Below are positions 1-14,100 of a stretch of 64,000 bases of DNA, in pieces. The notes beneath the pieces are model-generated. The model was not told where the DNA came from and did not search any database. It saw only the letters and a list, made by a program, of their open reading frames with translations. Position 1 is the first letter of the stretch. Each line of letters starts with the position of its first letter. Source of the stretch: Plasmodiophora brassicae (taxonomy: Eukaryota); the NCBI GenBank assembly GCA_036867785.1, contig CP145409.1:1240001-1304000 (forward strand), written 5' to 3'. The position numbers and the translations under genes are program-made.

Positions 1-1345
1 GGTCGGTGGACGGTGCACGCCGAAGACGATGGGCGACGACAACGGCACCGGTGGCGGCCGCCATCGCGGGCACCCATCGCAAGATCGACGGGCGCAGCGG
101 TTTCGGCGGTGGAGGACGACGACGACCCAGCGAGAAGCGCCTGAACATTTCGAACGCGCCACCGCCGACTAGCGCTACTGCGACCGCCTTGACCCGTTGT
201 ATAAGCTTGGCATGTGCGCGCGCTTCCATCCACAGGTCGTACAGGCCGTGTTCCGGCGTCGTCCCAGTGACCTCAGAGGCAACGATGCGCGCGTACCAAC
301 GCTGAAGGTCGTCGGTAACCCGGAACGCGAGTTGCAGGATCTCCATGGCTCTGCCCATGGCGGGGCCGACCGCGTCAGCGAGCTTCTTGTCGGAATCGAG
401 CGCCAGCACGAACTCGATCGCGCGGTCAAGGCGATCGACGATGCCCTTGGAGGCGATGGCGCTGAGATCTGCCAGGTGCGATTCGGATCCGAGCACGTCG
501 GCGATGCCGACAACAGAGAGGCGGACAGGAGTCGAAGCTTTCAGCAGTGTTTCGATGAGCCTGTTGACCTTGGGGCCGAAGTCATCCGGTTCGCCTGCCA
601 CTGGTGCAGTGGGGGTGTGGACGCGACCACGAGCTCGTAGGTCCGCAGCAAGGCGAAGGAGGATAGCAGGCGCGTCCCGCTCGATAGAGGCGGCCACGTC
701 CGGCCCCATGGCATCGTGCATGGAGATGGCGGCACGGAACCAGGTACCCCAGGTGGACTGGCACAGGTCCTGGACGGCGTTGGCGACGTCCTGGGACACA
801 TAGGCACCGAGGTAGACGCCAAGACGTGTGGCGACTTCTGGCCAAACGCGCGGATCACTCAGCACGTTGGCGATGCCAGGGAGGCCAACCTGCTGGCGGA
901 TCCAGATGAATGCGCGTGTCACGATGTGCCGAGCCAGCGAGGCGCTGTTCAGCGTTTGCAGGATGGTTGGTATGGCGAGGCTGAACTCGCGTACGACGGG
1001 CATGAGGCGACTGATCATGACCTGATCACGATCGCCGTTGAGTGCGACGACTTGCGTCCAGTTGATGCGGGCCATGTCCATGAAGGGACGCTGGCCGGAT
1101 ACGCATCCGAGGACGGTGTCGGCCTCGCTGCCAAACGTGGCCCGGGTGACGGGAACCAACGCGGGACCCACCTGGGACACCAGTTGACGACACTGCTCGC
1201 CCGTTTCGTGGTCTTCGCACGGGTCGCAGAACCAGCGCAGCAACGCCGACGACAGGTCACGCTCGATGACTGCATCGTCGGGGATGGCCTCGACGCAGGC
1301 CGCTGACGCCAGGCCGACGGCCACAACGACCGACCACACCAACAT
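1..1345 (-). CDS. Putative secreted hypothetical protein (>=448 aa, runs off window start)
   Basis: Uninterrupted frame from ATG 1345 (MLVWSVVVAVGLASAACVEA|IPDD..., signal-peptide-like) to the window edge. It is absent from the ORF track because no stop lies in the window. Confidence 0.7.
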   Translation of the reverse strand, partial: MLVWSVVVAVGLASAACVEAIPDDAVIERDLSSALLRWFCDPCEDHETGEQCRQLVSQVGPALVPVTRATFGSEADTVLGCVSGQRPFMDMARINWTQVVALNGDRDQVMISRLMPVVREFSLAIPTILQTLNSASLARHIVTRAFIWIRQQVGLPGIANVLSDPRVWPEVATRLGVYLGAYVSQDVANAVQDLCQSTWGTWFRAAISMHDAMGPDVAASIERDAPAILLRLAADLRARGRVHTPTAPVAGEPDDFGPKVNRLIETLLKASTPVRLSVVGIADVLGSESHLADLSAIASKGIVDRLDRAIEFVLALDSDKKLADAVGPAMGRAMEILQLAFRVTDDLQRWYARIVASEVTGTTPEHGLYDLWMEARAHAKLIQRVKAVAVALVGGGAFEMFRRFSLGRRRPPPPKPLRPSILRWVPAMAAATGAVVVAHRLRRAPSTD

Positions 1346-1513
1346 GAGCTGCACGATAATGGCGGCTGACGCGGCCGCATTTTCCTAAATAGAAGTACCT
1401 TCCTGACAGCGGTCCGAATCTATTCTCGGAGCATCGATCGCTCGCGCACCTATCGACGCTTCTGCGGGCAGGTCGCGCAATGCGGGGCCGTGATCACACG
1501 CGCGTGTATTGAC

Positions 1514-2101
1514 ATGCCGGAGGCGATAGCGCGCATCATGGCCGTCACCGTGATGGCGTTCGGGATCGTCGGCGCGAGTACCGTCGTGACGACATCGCAT
1601 GGGTTCGTGGACCTGGTGGTGACCGGGGCGGTGCCGGCGCTGGTTGTACGAGAGGGCAGTGGCGACCCCCTGACGCTGGCGTTGACGCCGGGGCAGGCCG
1701 TGTATCGGGTCGCGGACCTCGTGCCTGGCCGATCGTACCGCATTGATGCAGGACAAGATGCCAGGATCGAACCTGATGGCGGCTGGGTCGTTCATGTTCA
1801 GCGTCCGGCGCTTCGGGCGACTGCGGTCCTGGGCGTCTCCACCACTGTCTCGGTCTACGATGACGAACGCGACGTGCCGCTGACTCTGTCGATTGCAACG
1901 GCCAGTACGTGTACGCCGCCGGTGAATTCGACTGGGGCCGTTGCTGCTGAGGACTTCGACGCCGTTTGTGTCGCACCGTCGGATATCACGAAGCCGTCGC
2001 TCCGCACGACTCGAAGATGGGCAGCAATTGTCGCGTTGCTGATCGGCCAGCAGTTCTGCGCCTTATCGCTCGTCAGGGCACTACGATGGGGTCGCAGCTA
2101 A
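1514..2101 (+). CDS. Hypothetical protein with N-terminal signal-like and C-terminal hydrophobic segment
   Basis: ORF 1490..2101 with hydrophobic N-terminus (MAVTVMAFGIVGAS) and C-terminal WAAIVALLIGQQFCALSLV. Confidence 0.55.
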   Translation: MPEAIARIMAVTVMAFGIVGASTVVTTSHGFVDLVVTGAVPALVVREGSGDPLTLALTPGQAVYRVADLVPGRSYRIDAGQDARIEPDGGWVVHVQRPALRATAVLGVSTTVSVYDDERDVPLTLSIATASTCTPPVNSTGAVAAEDFDAVCVAPSDITKPSLRTTRRWAAIVALLIGQQFCALSLVRALRWGRS

Positions 2102-2139
2102 ACGATAGAGTACTCTCGCTGTCGCGTACTTTATGTTTA

Positions 2140-5100
2140 TCACTCGTGGCGACGTTGGTCGACTGGGGACAGCATTGATTCGAAGGTCGACAACTGGTCG
2201 GCCAAACTCGTCGCTGTGATGGGGGATCCCGTTGTCGACGACGTCAACCGCAGAGGCGCTCGCGAAGCGTACCACTTGCGAAGCGTGCCGATGACCTCAG
2301 GGGCGACTGCGGGCGGCCTCAGTAGCATCGCTGCAATTGACGTGTCTTCCTGGAGACCACGTTCGACCATGACCAGCTCGTGGTGAATCGACACCGTGTG
2401 GATGCGGTCATCAGGACGCACGACGTCCAGCAGATGCACGTTCGGTTCAATCTCGACGAACTGGGTGCACTCGAGCTCTTGTGACTTAAGAATCGCTTGC
2501 GCCTGAGAAGACAGGATGATCTTGTCGCCGTACACTGTGCATACACACACACACACACACTCGTTAGATCACCCCGGTCAAACTCACACGACCATGACTA
2601 ACGTTGGATTTGCATCTGCCAGACGCGTTCGCGAATGGAATCCAGTAGACCGACACGGAACACAAATGTCGACATGCCGACCTCCGCTGCCATCACCAGG
2701 ACCTCAACGTCGACCGAATCGCCAGGGAGCAGCGAAAACTCATTCGGTTTGAACTTGATCCAGCCCGTTTCGTAGTGAATCGTGTCGGTTAGATCCGTCG
2801 AGTCCCGTTTCATGATGCCACAGTGAATCGGAACCGTGCCTGTGTTCTTCATCGAGAACTTCGACGACTGAGTTCTTTTGTGAGGCACTTTGCCCAGCTG
2901 TACAGAACACGTAAGTTCAACGAAATGGGAAATGTTCAACTTCGGTACCTTCAGGGTCCCTTTCGAGAATTCAAGGTTCATCTGGCCGGATTTGCCAACG
3001 CACAGCAGCTGCGCCAGCGGCTCCGGCCACCCTTCGTGGTAGATGAGGAACGTGCAATGCTCCCATGGCGCTTGCTTCTTCTTGAACTTGGGCGTGAAGC
3101 GGATGCGCAGCGTTATCGTTTCACGAGGGCCTAGCGGTCGAGGCTGCCCTGGTGTCTCGCCCTTCTCTGGAATGATCTGAAATTCTGGATTCGTCGTCGG
3201 CGACGATATAAGGAACGGGAGCGGACACGGGTTCGTCAGTGTCACAATCCTCTCAACAGGGTAATCGACCGCCACCACGCCGAAATCGACTTTCTGAACG
3301 GACAGGATGACATGCGGCTCGAAAGCCGCTCCGCTCACCAGCATGTCGAACGTGCCCATCACAGTATCAAGGCAGAGCGGGACGCGATACGACGAGGAGG
3401 CGCGATGCGGTTCAAACTGGATTTCGATCGTGCGTGATTCCCCTGGTTCGAACGACATCTCAGCAGCCAACACGGCAGCATCGATGCTGAACGGGTTTGT
3501 GGTGTCCGGCGACGCAAACGCGTCCGCTATTGGTTGTCTCCATCGTAGGCGGCAGGTCACAGTAGCTACTGCAACGCTATGCAAAGTTATCGTTCGGGTC
3601 TGGACAGGGGAAATCCCTATCAGGACGGGATCGAATTGGACCGGCCCGAGCAGTGCTGCATCGAAGGCGTAATCTCGACAGCACACAGACACTTGTAACG
3701 TCGCTGGCTCGAATAGTTCCGGGATGGACGTGCAAACAAGGTCGAGTGTGGCGTTGCGCTCCTTCAGCGCCGTATCGGTGTCGAATGGAACCGTTGAGAA
3801 GAAGGTGACAGTCACTTCGACTTCTTCGTGTGGCGCTAGCTGGGCTTCCGACGGCGCAACTGTTAGCATGGGGGATGGCGACCGAATTGAGACCGGTAGA
3901 TTCAGCTCGGATTCGTTGCTGACAGTGAACCTCTCGTAGGTCGGCCGACCGACCAGCGTTGGCGGTAGCTCGAGCAGCCAGGACGACAGACGAAGACTGC
4001 CAACGCTGATGGAGTACTGCACAGATATCACAGATTCTCGGCCAACGGCACTGAGGTAGAGAGTGCGTTCGCCTGGTATAGGTCGCATGTTACCAGGGAA
4101 CGGGCAGTTGAAGCTGAATTCCGGGCATAACACCTTCAGAGCATCGACGGCCACAAACGCGCTAGTCGGCTGCGGCAGCAGCGCCGTTCCGACGGAAATC
4201 GTAGCGGACACTGACGATCCAAGACCCGACAGAGAGAATTTGGCAGGCGACACGCCCACCAATGGAATGGCGGAAGGTTTGGGCGTATGAACGGGCGTCG
4301 CAGACGATTTCCGGAGAGCGGCCGTCGGCGCTAACGAGCCCTTTCGACCAGGTCTAGCAGGTTCTGGAGTCGGAGGAGAAAGAGCTTGGGCAACCGGGGC
4401 AATGATTGACAGCGTTTCCGTATCTTGTTTCTCGATACGCATTTGGGTCAGGTCTGCATCGGTGGAGTCGTCGTCACCAGCATCGTCTGCGACGTGATTA
4501 AACGGACACCGTGACGACGCCGGGACGTTCCAGGATAATCGCACAGGGTTAGTCTCGGCACATGCGCTGACGAACGCAAGCGTTGCGTTCGTAACAGAAG
4601 CGCCCAGTGGGATGACGCCCAAATCGATCGTCCGCGGAAACGAATCGTCGATGGCAAAGGTTGATGCAGATCCGGTGACTTGAATAGCGCGGCCACCGAT
4701 GGAGAGAGTCGCCCTGTACTGCCCTGGCTGTACAGGAGAGAACTTAACGTAATAGTTGTCGGTGCACCCAGGACCAAGCTTGTTGGCCATCGCTTCAACG
4801 ACTTGCTTGCGGCTGTTGACAATCGAGATCGCGCTGTCGCTCTGATCGGTGAATTCAACGGCGTACTCGAGGCGGCCACGCCCAGAATTCCTAACTTCAG
4901 CGGAACAGTATGCTGTGGACCCTACGAGATAACGACCGAAATGCACCTGGTTCGGGTACGTGACAGTTCCTTGCGCAAGAGTGACTTCCAGCTTGGGAAG
5001 ACCAAGAGCGCCTTTGAGGCGGATGGTCGCGTCCACACTATCGATGGCAACATTCGTCAGCGTGAGAACGGATTCGTTGTATGACGTCTCGTCAAGAAAC

Positions 5101-8100
5101 TCAAGAGCAGTAAACTTGATAGCGACCTCGACAAAGTTGTTAGGAATGATGGACCCGGACATGGGAGTGACAGACCAGCAGGGAGGAGGTTTCGTGCTCG
5201 GAGAGCCGACAAGTGGAGCCAATGACCAGTGGAAACGAAGAGGGGTGTTGGTCGGGTTTGATAGCCGACGCGTGACAGTAACGACATCGTTGACGGTAAC
5301 GAAGCCAACGTCAATATCGCTGCCGTCGTTGATGTCTATGGACATTGCACAGGCGACTGCACTGACAAGGACGCGTTTCGAAGGCAGAGAGGTGCCATCG
5401 ACAATCGGGCTGATGATGACAAACCGACCACCGAACGTAACTGGGGCCTGGGAGAGAAACTGGAACGTACATGTTTGACTGGCGCTTTCGGCTACGACGA
5501 CGGTCATTGTGGTCGACGCAGTGTCGTCGCTTGCAATGAACGCGAACATCGACGCCATCGATGGATCACTGAACGAGAAACGGAATTCAGCGGACAACTC
5601 GCCGGTATTGGTCAATGTCAACGACTGGCGACACTTGCGATTCATTGGGACATCACCAAAGTCCAGTGACCCAAGGACCTCGTATGAGAAAACAGCACCG
5701 TAGGCAAGAACGCGGATGACGAATGCGCCAACGTCGGAATGAATCTCGATTAACGCATCAGCAGCACCAACGCGTTGCGTCTCTATCCCAATGTCCAGCA
5801 CCATGGAGCCACCTTCTTTGACTGTATGCACTCCAGTCAAGGCAGTTTTCAAACGAAATCGAAGACAAGAAGCATCGGTGCCGCTGCACTGCATACGAAA
5901 GTCCACAGGCAGTGAGCCGGGATTTGATAATCGAACGGATGCCCAACGTGTTGATCCAACTAACATCTTTCCTAAATTGACCACCCCCGGTGGGGTACCG
6001 TCTTCAACAGGTAGGATTTCAAGGCGCCCTGTGCCCGACAGGCCCTTGATCGAAATTACAAAAGGTGGCCCGGCCCATCGGACGACTACTCGGTAGAATG
6101 CAGGAATAAGGGCCCAGTTCAAGGGGGTAGGACGAAACTGAACTTCAACAACGGAATATCCTCGAGCAGCCACCGAGCCTTTGGCGTTGAGTAGTGAAAA
6201 GGGACATACGGTGTTCGAGTTATCTTCAGTTGGAGGTGGTGGAGCGTTTCCCCCTTGAAGCAATCGTTGCTCTTCGAGTTCGGCGTTATACCGGTCAATT
6301 GCGCTGCGATCAACCTCAATGATGCATTGATATTCGAAAGAAAATCGCCCGCCACTGGACAGAGTGATCGGAAGGGAATGAGGGATGCCTGATTGTCGAC
6401 GACCAAAATCAAGGGATTGCACGTCAACGTCAAGCAATCGATCGTCAGCGCACGCACTAAGAGCAAATGGCTGACGAATATTCCATGACAGCGAGGTGAC
6501 CAGGAGGCGACGTTGAAAGAATCCTTTTACGCTTGGAGACGCCCGAACACTTAAGGCCACCGACTCGCCAGGTTGAAGCGTACCGCCATCAGGAATAACT
6601 GTAAATACGAATGCTGAGAAAGGTCCATTGTCGGGGTGACCAGGTTCATCTGCAATCTCATAGTCTAGCATCATATTGCCCGCGTTCGTGAGGACGAGCG
6701 CGTCCTCTTGCGTTCTAGATTGATGCACAAGCAGCAGGCCGAGGGAAACCGACGGAAATTCGGAGTCGTGGGGACCCCGGCTACCAGCTGGTGCTCGTGA
6801 TAGCATAGCATTGATCGCTGTGTCGTCCGTCCATGACTCCAAGCCAGTCGGCGGTGCTGCTGAAGTGTCCTCGGCGTTTACAGAGAGGCGAAGCTGGGCG
6901 CTACCACCTATACAGGATACGTTTCCAATGGAGCGTTCCACCGGAATGTATTCGCTGCCAAGGAGAATGCCGCTGACAAGAGAGAACAGCAAAGAATAAG
7001 TGACCCCCATTTCGGTGGGCTTGCAAGTAATTTCGATGCGCCGTGACTGATTGGGTTCAAGTTGGAGGAACCAGTCTCGAACAGTGAATTCGTCGTGGAT
7101 AAGTGGCCGGGAAGTGCTAGCGAAAATCTCAGCATGAGCCGAGCGTTCATTTTCTGGCGTCTCCGGGTCCGATTGAACGTTGGCGCTCCTGGCGATTCGC
7201 GCCAAACATGCGTGTGTGTCAGCATCGGAAGCGTTAACATCGAGATCAACAGCAACCACGATAGTACTGCGGCCCGAATTAAATAGTTCCAGAACATGTG
7301 ATACGACTTGATTGACACGACAGACGCCAAGGTCCTGCCGCATTTGCCCATTCACATTCAGTTGGGGTACGCTGACAGACGCGGTGACCGGGATCGTCAA
7401 GTTACCACCATCTGAACGGATAACAATACTGCCGGTAAAATTCTCAACTTCCCCTGACCGGAACAGCACGGTAGTCACAGCGGAACCGCCTGGCTCAATC
7501 TCGCCGGCTGAGGGAGCGATCGAAATCTTATCAGTGGAACGGGACTTCCAGTGACATGTCGAATCGCCTGTGTTGACCAGTACAAGTTCTCGTTTGCTGA
7601 TAACATTAATGAGGGCGACAGGGATCTTAATCTATGTGGCGAATACTATGTCAGTTCTAAGATGAACGGCGACCCGTCGAGAATACCTTTTTCTGCTTCG
7701 ACGAAAGCTTGGCGACCCCAACTTTCCCAGACAGCTGCATGCTGAAACAAACAATTCAACATGTGTAGGTTCGCGGATAGAAAGAGCAGGCACTAACCTT
7801 ATTTCTTTGGTGGGCGCACCGGGAGTCGGCTCCCATGTTACAGTGAGAGTGCCCGCCATTTCCTCGAACTCGCTAGAAAGAAACGTAACGACAATTTCGG
7901 TGGATTCACCGGCATTGATCATTAACGACATGTCTCGAACGTGGTTCCGCTCTGCAGCTGCCATAGGATCAATCAATCCAAATGGGCCCGCATGGCCACA
8001 AGAAATGTGTGAGAGTCCACGGAGAAGCCCTCGATTCTCGATAACAACCTTGTCACAGACTTCTTGCCCCAAATTCGCCTTCATTGTGCTCAACACTCCG

Positions 8101-11100
8101 CCACCAGGAAACCGGAGGCGCACATCACCTCCTGTTCCACGAAGAGCGACATGTTCTTCGCCAAAGTTATGTCGTATAGTTACGCTTGCTGTGTACGGGA
8201 CATCGGTGGCAGATGGCTGGAATGCAACTGGCACCGAGAGGAGTTCACCAGGCGAGAGCGTCTTCGACTTTAGCTGGACAGAAAACAGTTTTGACGTAAC
8301 GCCAGTCATCGTTACTGCTTGCTGCATAAAGCTGGCGTTGACCAGTTCTAAGAGACGCACATTTGCTGGCAAGTTCGAACTAGCCGCCGCGCTTGCTCCT
8401 GCTCCTGCTCCTAGTCCTGTTCCCTTCGACGCGACAGATTTGCGGCGACGTTCTGGACTCGCTGCCGGTTGCGCTCGTGGTATGGCAGATGACGCATTCT
8501 TGGCTGCTGGGACAACCTCGAAATCAAGAACAGGAGTCAGGATGAGGATCTTTCCTAATCCGCGGCCGTGAATCTCGAACGAGATTGTCTTGCCAGGGGT
8601 TTCTTCCAAGCAGGCCAAAAGAACATCACTGACAGATGGCATGTCCGCGAACGTATAGGATGATGGAAGATAACGTACTACGCAGTCGTTAGAGCGATGA
8701 GTTCTCCTGTGATGTGCCTGGTATAGAGATTAGATTGACGATTGACGATAGGAACAACCAGCGCATGTACATGAGAATACTGAATAGGAAACGTGGTCTG
8801 AGAAGCGCCTTGCCAACTAGCGTAGTACTGCACGCGAATATACAGGGCCTGAAGTGGCGGTACAATCCACTGAGGCTTTGCTACGGGCGAGACCGAAGAG
8901 ATGGTCTCCTTGGCACGAGGCGGCAACAATTGCAAGATACGAATGAAATCTTTGTGAAGAGCGCGTACCCGATGCCAGGGGTTTGAGACGGTTTTGGAAG
9001 GTGGGATGGTGTGTGTTCGGCGAACAATGCTAACGGGAGTAATTCGAAAACAGGACTTGACCTTACCGGTCCCGTTCATTTCGCCAATTTGAACAGGGAG
9101 CGTGCCCAGGTTAGAGAGCATGACGTACTTCGTTGTCACGGTTCCAGTTTGCTGAACGCCAAAATCTAGCATATCGCCCTTGATATTCGCGAAAGCCAAA
9201 CTAAGTGTTCCAGCTTGTGCTCGCGCCGGAATCTAACAGGAACCCGGCGTTACAAAGTACATATACCAACGGATATCAGTTACTCACCTGGACGAGGGAA
9301 CTTCCGGATTTTACACAGAAGAAGTGAGAATGGTTCCCACTTTTCGAAGGTTGGTATATGAGGATTATGGATGCACGGCCGTGATGTGGAACAGTGACAC
9401 ACTTCGACAGAGCAGTAAATGGCGGTATCGCGCTTATATGAACGTGTTGCACACATGTGCTGTTGTTCGAAAACGAAATCTCAACTAGAGCTTGAAAACC
9501 TGTAGGCACGCTTCCGAAATCGATCGAAGGTGGCACCGCACCATCCAGTGGCAAGATGCAGTTACCAGTGATAGATAACGAAGAGGTCGACGTTGCACCA
9601 GAGGCAGACTTCATCTCGATGTCTAGCATAGCGTCTGATTGGCCTTGCGAGAGCGGGTTGTACGTGACAAGGAGAATAACAGTCTGGAAAGGATCAATGA
9701 CTCCTTTGTCTCCAGGTCCCGTTATTCTAAAAGGTATTATGGATGATGAACCCGGGGCGCGAATTGAAGCCGTCCATGTCTGGCTGTGGGCGCTTCCATT
9801 AAATACGGCAACAGGTCGAACCATATCTAGCGCCACATAGCACGTGCCAAATGCAAGACTAGCATTAGGATGAATCGACATCAAGCTGTCCGAAGCGCTC
9901 GTCACTGGAATGGCAGCAAATGACGGCGTATCGAAATCAATGACACAAAGGAATCCATGCACGACGCAATTGCCAACAGATGCGGGTATCTGAACGTCGA
10001 TATGAAGAGCAGAAGCGGCAGATTGCTTGGCAAGTACTCCGTTGGCGATAATGACTGCACGTTTGTTGATCGATCCAACGCCACGCTGGTGTTTGACGAG
10101 GCACGACCCTGCCCCCACGTATAGTTTGCCCTCTTCACGAAACGACGTGGTGACGTCTAGCACAGGCGGGTCGATAATGATGCCATCATAATTATTTCCT
10201 GGTAGCATCCGCCTGTGCTCAGAGGCAAACCCGTCTGAATGCGGCCATCTGTACAACTGAGTATTAGAGCACCGTAGCTTAATAGACACAGGTCACCTAC
10301 TTCGGGCGATCTTGAATGTCGCAGCCAATCGACGATGATATTATGGCAGCATCGCAACGTTCGATCCATTGCTGAAGGAGTTCGAACTGTACAGTTTCCA
10401 TTCGCGACAGGTCAATACCAATTCCCACCAGGTCTACCTGACCGCCCGCAGGGCCAACTTCGGCAGTAACAAAGGAATCGTCAAGGGCGCAGTCAACTTC
10501 AACGAGCAAGTGTGCAGTCGTTGGTCCAATTCGGTCGGCGATGAATCCAAGGACAAGAGGCAGAGTTTCATGGGGACCGATCACCTTGTTCTGGCCGTCA
10601 ACCCGCGCGGCTTCCAGCGCGTCCTCAACACGGTTTCCAACGAAAAAGAAACCCGTATCCGTGTCGACATCTGCAAACTGGCAACGCCAGGTCAACCGGA
10701 ATGGCGACAGATTACGAACATGCACGACAATAGACGAAACGGCACCGATGGCGGACGGCGGAAAATAAGCGCGATGCGATATGGCGAACTCCAGTGGTGA
10801 TCCGATGAATGCACAAACAGGGATATGTGTGTTACATGAATCAGGCCATGACAAACTCTGGCGTACCACGTTAGAGGCCATTTCTTCAACAACGCATATA
10901 ACCCGTTGCATACCACGTCATTACGAACAACTCCGGTCGGGGCATCTGGTGGAATATTGGCACTGATCTCGATAGACACATGGTCCCGGCCCGCGACTTC
11001 ATGCCAGTGGTTGGTACAGGAGAACAACTCGCTGTAGAGGAAGTCGGCGAATACAATTGATTCGGATTTCTGTCATCCGGCTTCGTTAGACACCCGCCTC

Positions 11101-14100
11101 TAACAGAATTCCCAACCTGACCATTCGATTCTTAATGTTGAACGACTTGGTATAGACATGGCCACGGCCAACAACGCCAAACTCGATACTAATGGCCTCA
11201 GAGGCCGACTTCCCAAGTGCCACAGGACCAAACAACCCATCCGACCGGGTCCGCTCGCTTGTAGCACGTGCTGTGGCCTCAGCACGCACACGTTGCAGCT
11301 GTTTGGCAGCCAGTGACCGGCGGCGGGAACCATTGGGCGAAGCAACCGAGGACGACTTCTTGCGATCTTGAAGCAAGGATCGCCGAAGACCATTCGCCTC
11401 TTCTGGAGTCGCTGGGATTTCGAGAGGAGCCGGCGTCGGTGGCGTTGGCTCACCAGCGGAACCTGGCTGCTGGATTGCCTCCAAACCATTTCCCGCATCC
11501 TGACCTTCGAAAAGCATTTGCGTACCGCCATGGGCGAAAATTTCAAACTGAGCAGCGTCGTGTTCTTCGCTGGTTACAATAAGTAGAGCCTCCCGCATAC
11601 CCTCTTCTCTGGGCATGAACCGAATGCGGACGGTGTCGTCTGAGAAGGGCGGAAGGAACAGTTCGTCGTCCTCGATCTCGTACTCGGTGCTGCGAGCTAC
11701 TGAAAGCTTGCAGAAAACATCCTTCGAAGTGACATTTTCCATTATCAGGTTGACGGTGCGAGACAGGCCAACCTCGCACCACGCCCGGGTTAAACTTTGC
11801 GCATCCACCCGGATCCAAGGCCCACAAAACGCGTTCAACCGAGCAGAACCGCAGCGAACTCCAGCAATGTCGATCACCTCGACTGCGCCTGAGATATAGG
11901 ACGAAGGAGCCTCGCAAAGTAGCGGTGAAAATGTCACCGAAATGGTTACGGGTTCTCCAATATGAACGGTGCACCGATTCGGAGTACACGTGAATATCTC
12001 ATAAGGCGTGGCGAAGAACATGACATCAGCAGACGACGGGAGAGGATCCGCCGCTGCGCCCTCTGGGTCGAAACGCTGATATACGTCCAGAACGACGTTA
12101 ACAGTCTGAGGCTTAGTCGTGGATGAGAATAACAGCTCTTCAGACGAGAACGAGAACTGGAACAGTTCGTCGGTACGACGCTTGCGAGCGGGGACGGCAG
12201 CGGCGGCAGCGGCCACGATTTCCTGGCTGTCCCAGGTCGGAAACAAATCTAGCTGGACGTCGCGCGTCTTTAGAAGCCCATCGGCACAGAGTTGCAGGAA
12301 TGCCAACAGCCACGACGCTGAGTAGTACGGGATACCATGAGGTGTGAACCCAGACGGCCGAGGGGTTAGAGACGTCATTGTTGTAACAATTGGCGTGCCG
12401 GTAATCGCGTACCTGACGACAGAAAATTAAACGTCATCTCACAGCAAGTGTTGCGTCTGAAATACCCGCAAAGGCGAGCGCGTACTGGAACAGGCGTGCC
12501 AGGCTTGATAAAGTACGGCACCCCAGCAGACGTATATCCAGACGGTAGAGGCTTTGGCGAAGATGGAACGTCATAGAGCGGCACGCCAGCGGCCGTATAC
12601 GCCACCGGCATTGGCGGTACGTTCACAGGCGGATAGAAGAGCAGCATCGGTTCCTTCCGATCTCGCAGAATGCCGGCCGGGATGATCTGCAAAGGTGGGA
12701 CGCCACCCGCGCGCTTGGCAGCGACCGTCGAGCGCCGCCTTGGCTGCTCGGCCGCTGCGGCTAGCGACTCCACCGACCATACAGCAACCTACACGACGCA
12801 CGCCAATTCAGAAATGAATCTGCAATATGGCACCGGTCGAACGGGATTCAAACTCGACAGAGAACGTTCGGGTCGACATCTCATTCTGACTGACCTCATT
12901 TGTAATTTGGATGGAGACCGTTTCCCAGAGGAACGTGGGTGGGCCACCGCAGACGGCGATGTTGATGAGGATCTGTTTGCCCATGGATCGGGGAGCACGC
13001 AACGAGTTGTCGTCGACGGTGGTGCCTTCGATTGGCTTCCGGGCGACAACCTTTCCTATATACATTCGAGGATCAACAGACGTCTTTGTTGCGCTCTCGG
13101 GCTGCTTGATGATGAAGCGCTCCTCGCATGGGAATGCGGAATCCATTTCCACGACTACCTCGCTGTGCAACGGGAAATCGGTGATGTCGATGGCGGTCCT
13201 CGGAGGCGGTTGCACGGTGAAATCGTCTGTAAATGGTGGGGACACGACAGGAGCTAGACGAAGGCCGGTGACGTCGTCTAGTTCCAGGGATGGACGTGGA
13301 GGCGGTTCCCTCCAAGTGCGATCGATGACCCCTTTCGCAATTTGGACCAACCGGAACCCGGCAGGGGGGTCCAGTGGATTCAGGGGCGGCGCTTCGTCTG
13401 TCATGGTACTTGGAATGGCTTCCGTGTCGTTCGTGACCGATTTGGAGAACATAGAAGGGACTCCCAGCGGTGTCGCGGTTCGCAGAACGAATTCGTCAAG
13501 ATGGATGCCGGCCAAGAGCGAGGTGTGTCCGTCGAAAGAAACGTTGACCGGGATGGTGGTGGCGCCCTCTGGGACGCCTGGCAGTTGCGGGATCCGTCTC
13601 GAGATGGTGACAACAGTAAGCGCACCTTCATTGTCAACGGGGAGGGCGAGCTTGATGGCGGTCGTATGCTGCAGGGCGGGCGTCTCGCATGTCTCGAATA
13701 TGGTGGACATAGGAGACGGTCCAGGGCGACCATATAAACGCGCGAACGACAAGGGAACTCGCAGAACTTCGCGAACCAGGCGGTTTCGATGATGACGCGT
13801 CGATCGAAGGTAGTTGAACTCCTGTTGCATCTGCTCCGACATTCCCGATGACATTAGCTTGGAACGCGGTTGGTTGGCATTTAGTTTGCCAAAGCTGCGC
13901 ACGACGTCCAGCGTCATTTTCAACCGGTCCTTAGGGCTAATCTTCGGTGGCGCCTGCGTAAGATAACGCCCAAGGAATTGCACCGCTGCGGCTTGAACAC
14001 GTTCGTCTGGAGAATCGGCGAGTTCGGTTACGCGCTCAACGAACATCTTGGCGGTATTGGCAAAGACTGGCGCCAGCGAACGAATCAGAACCTGTAGACT

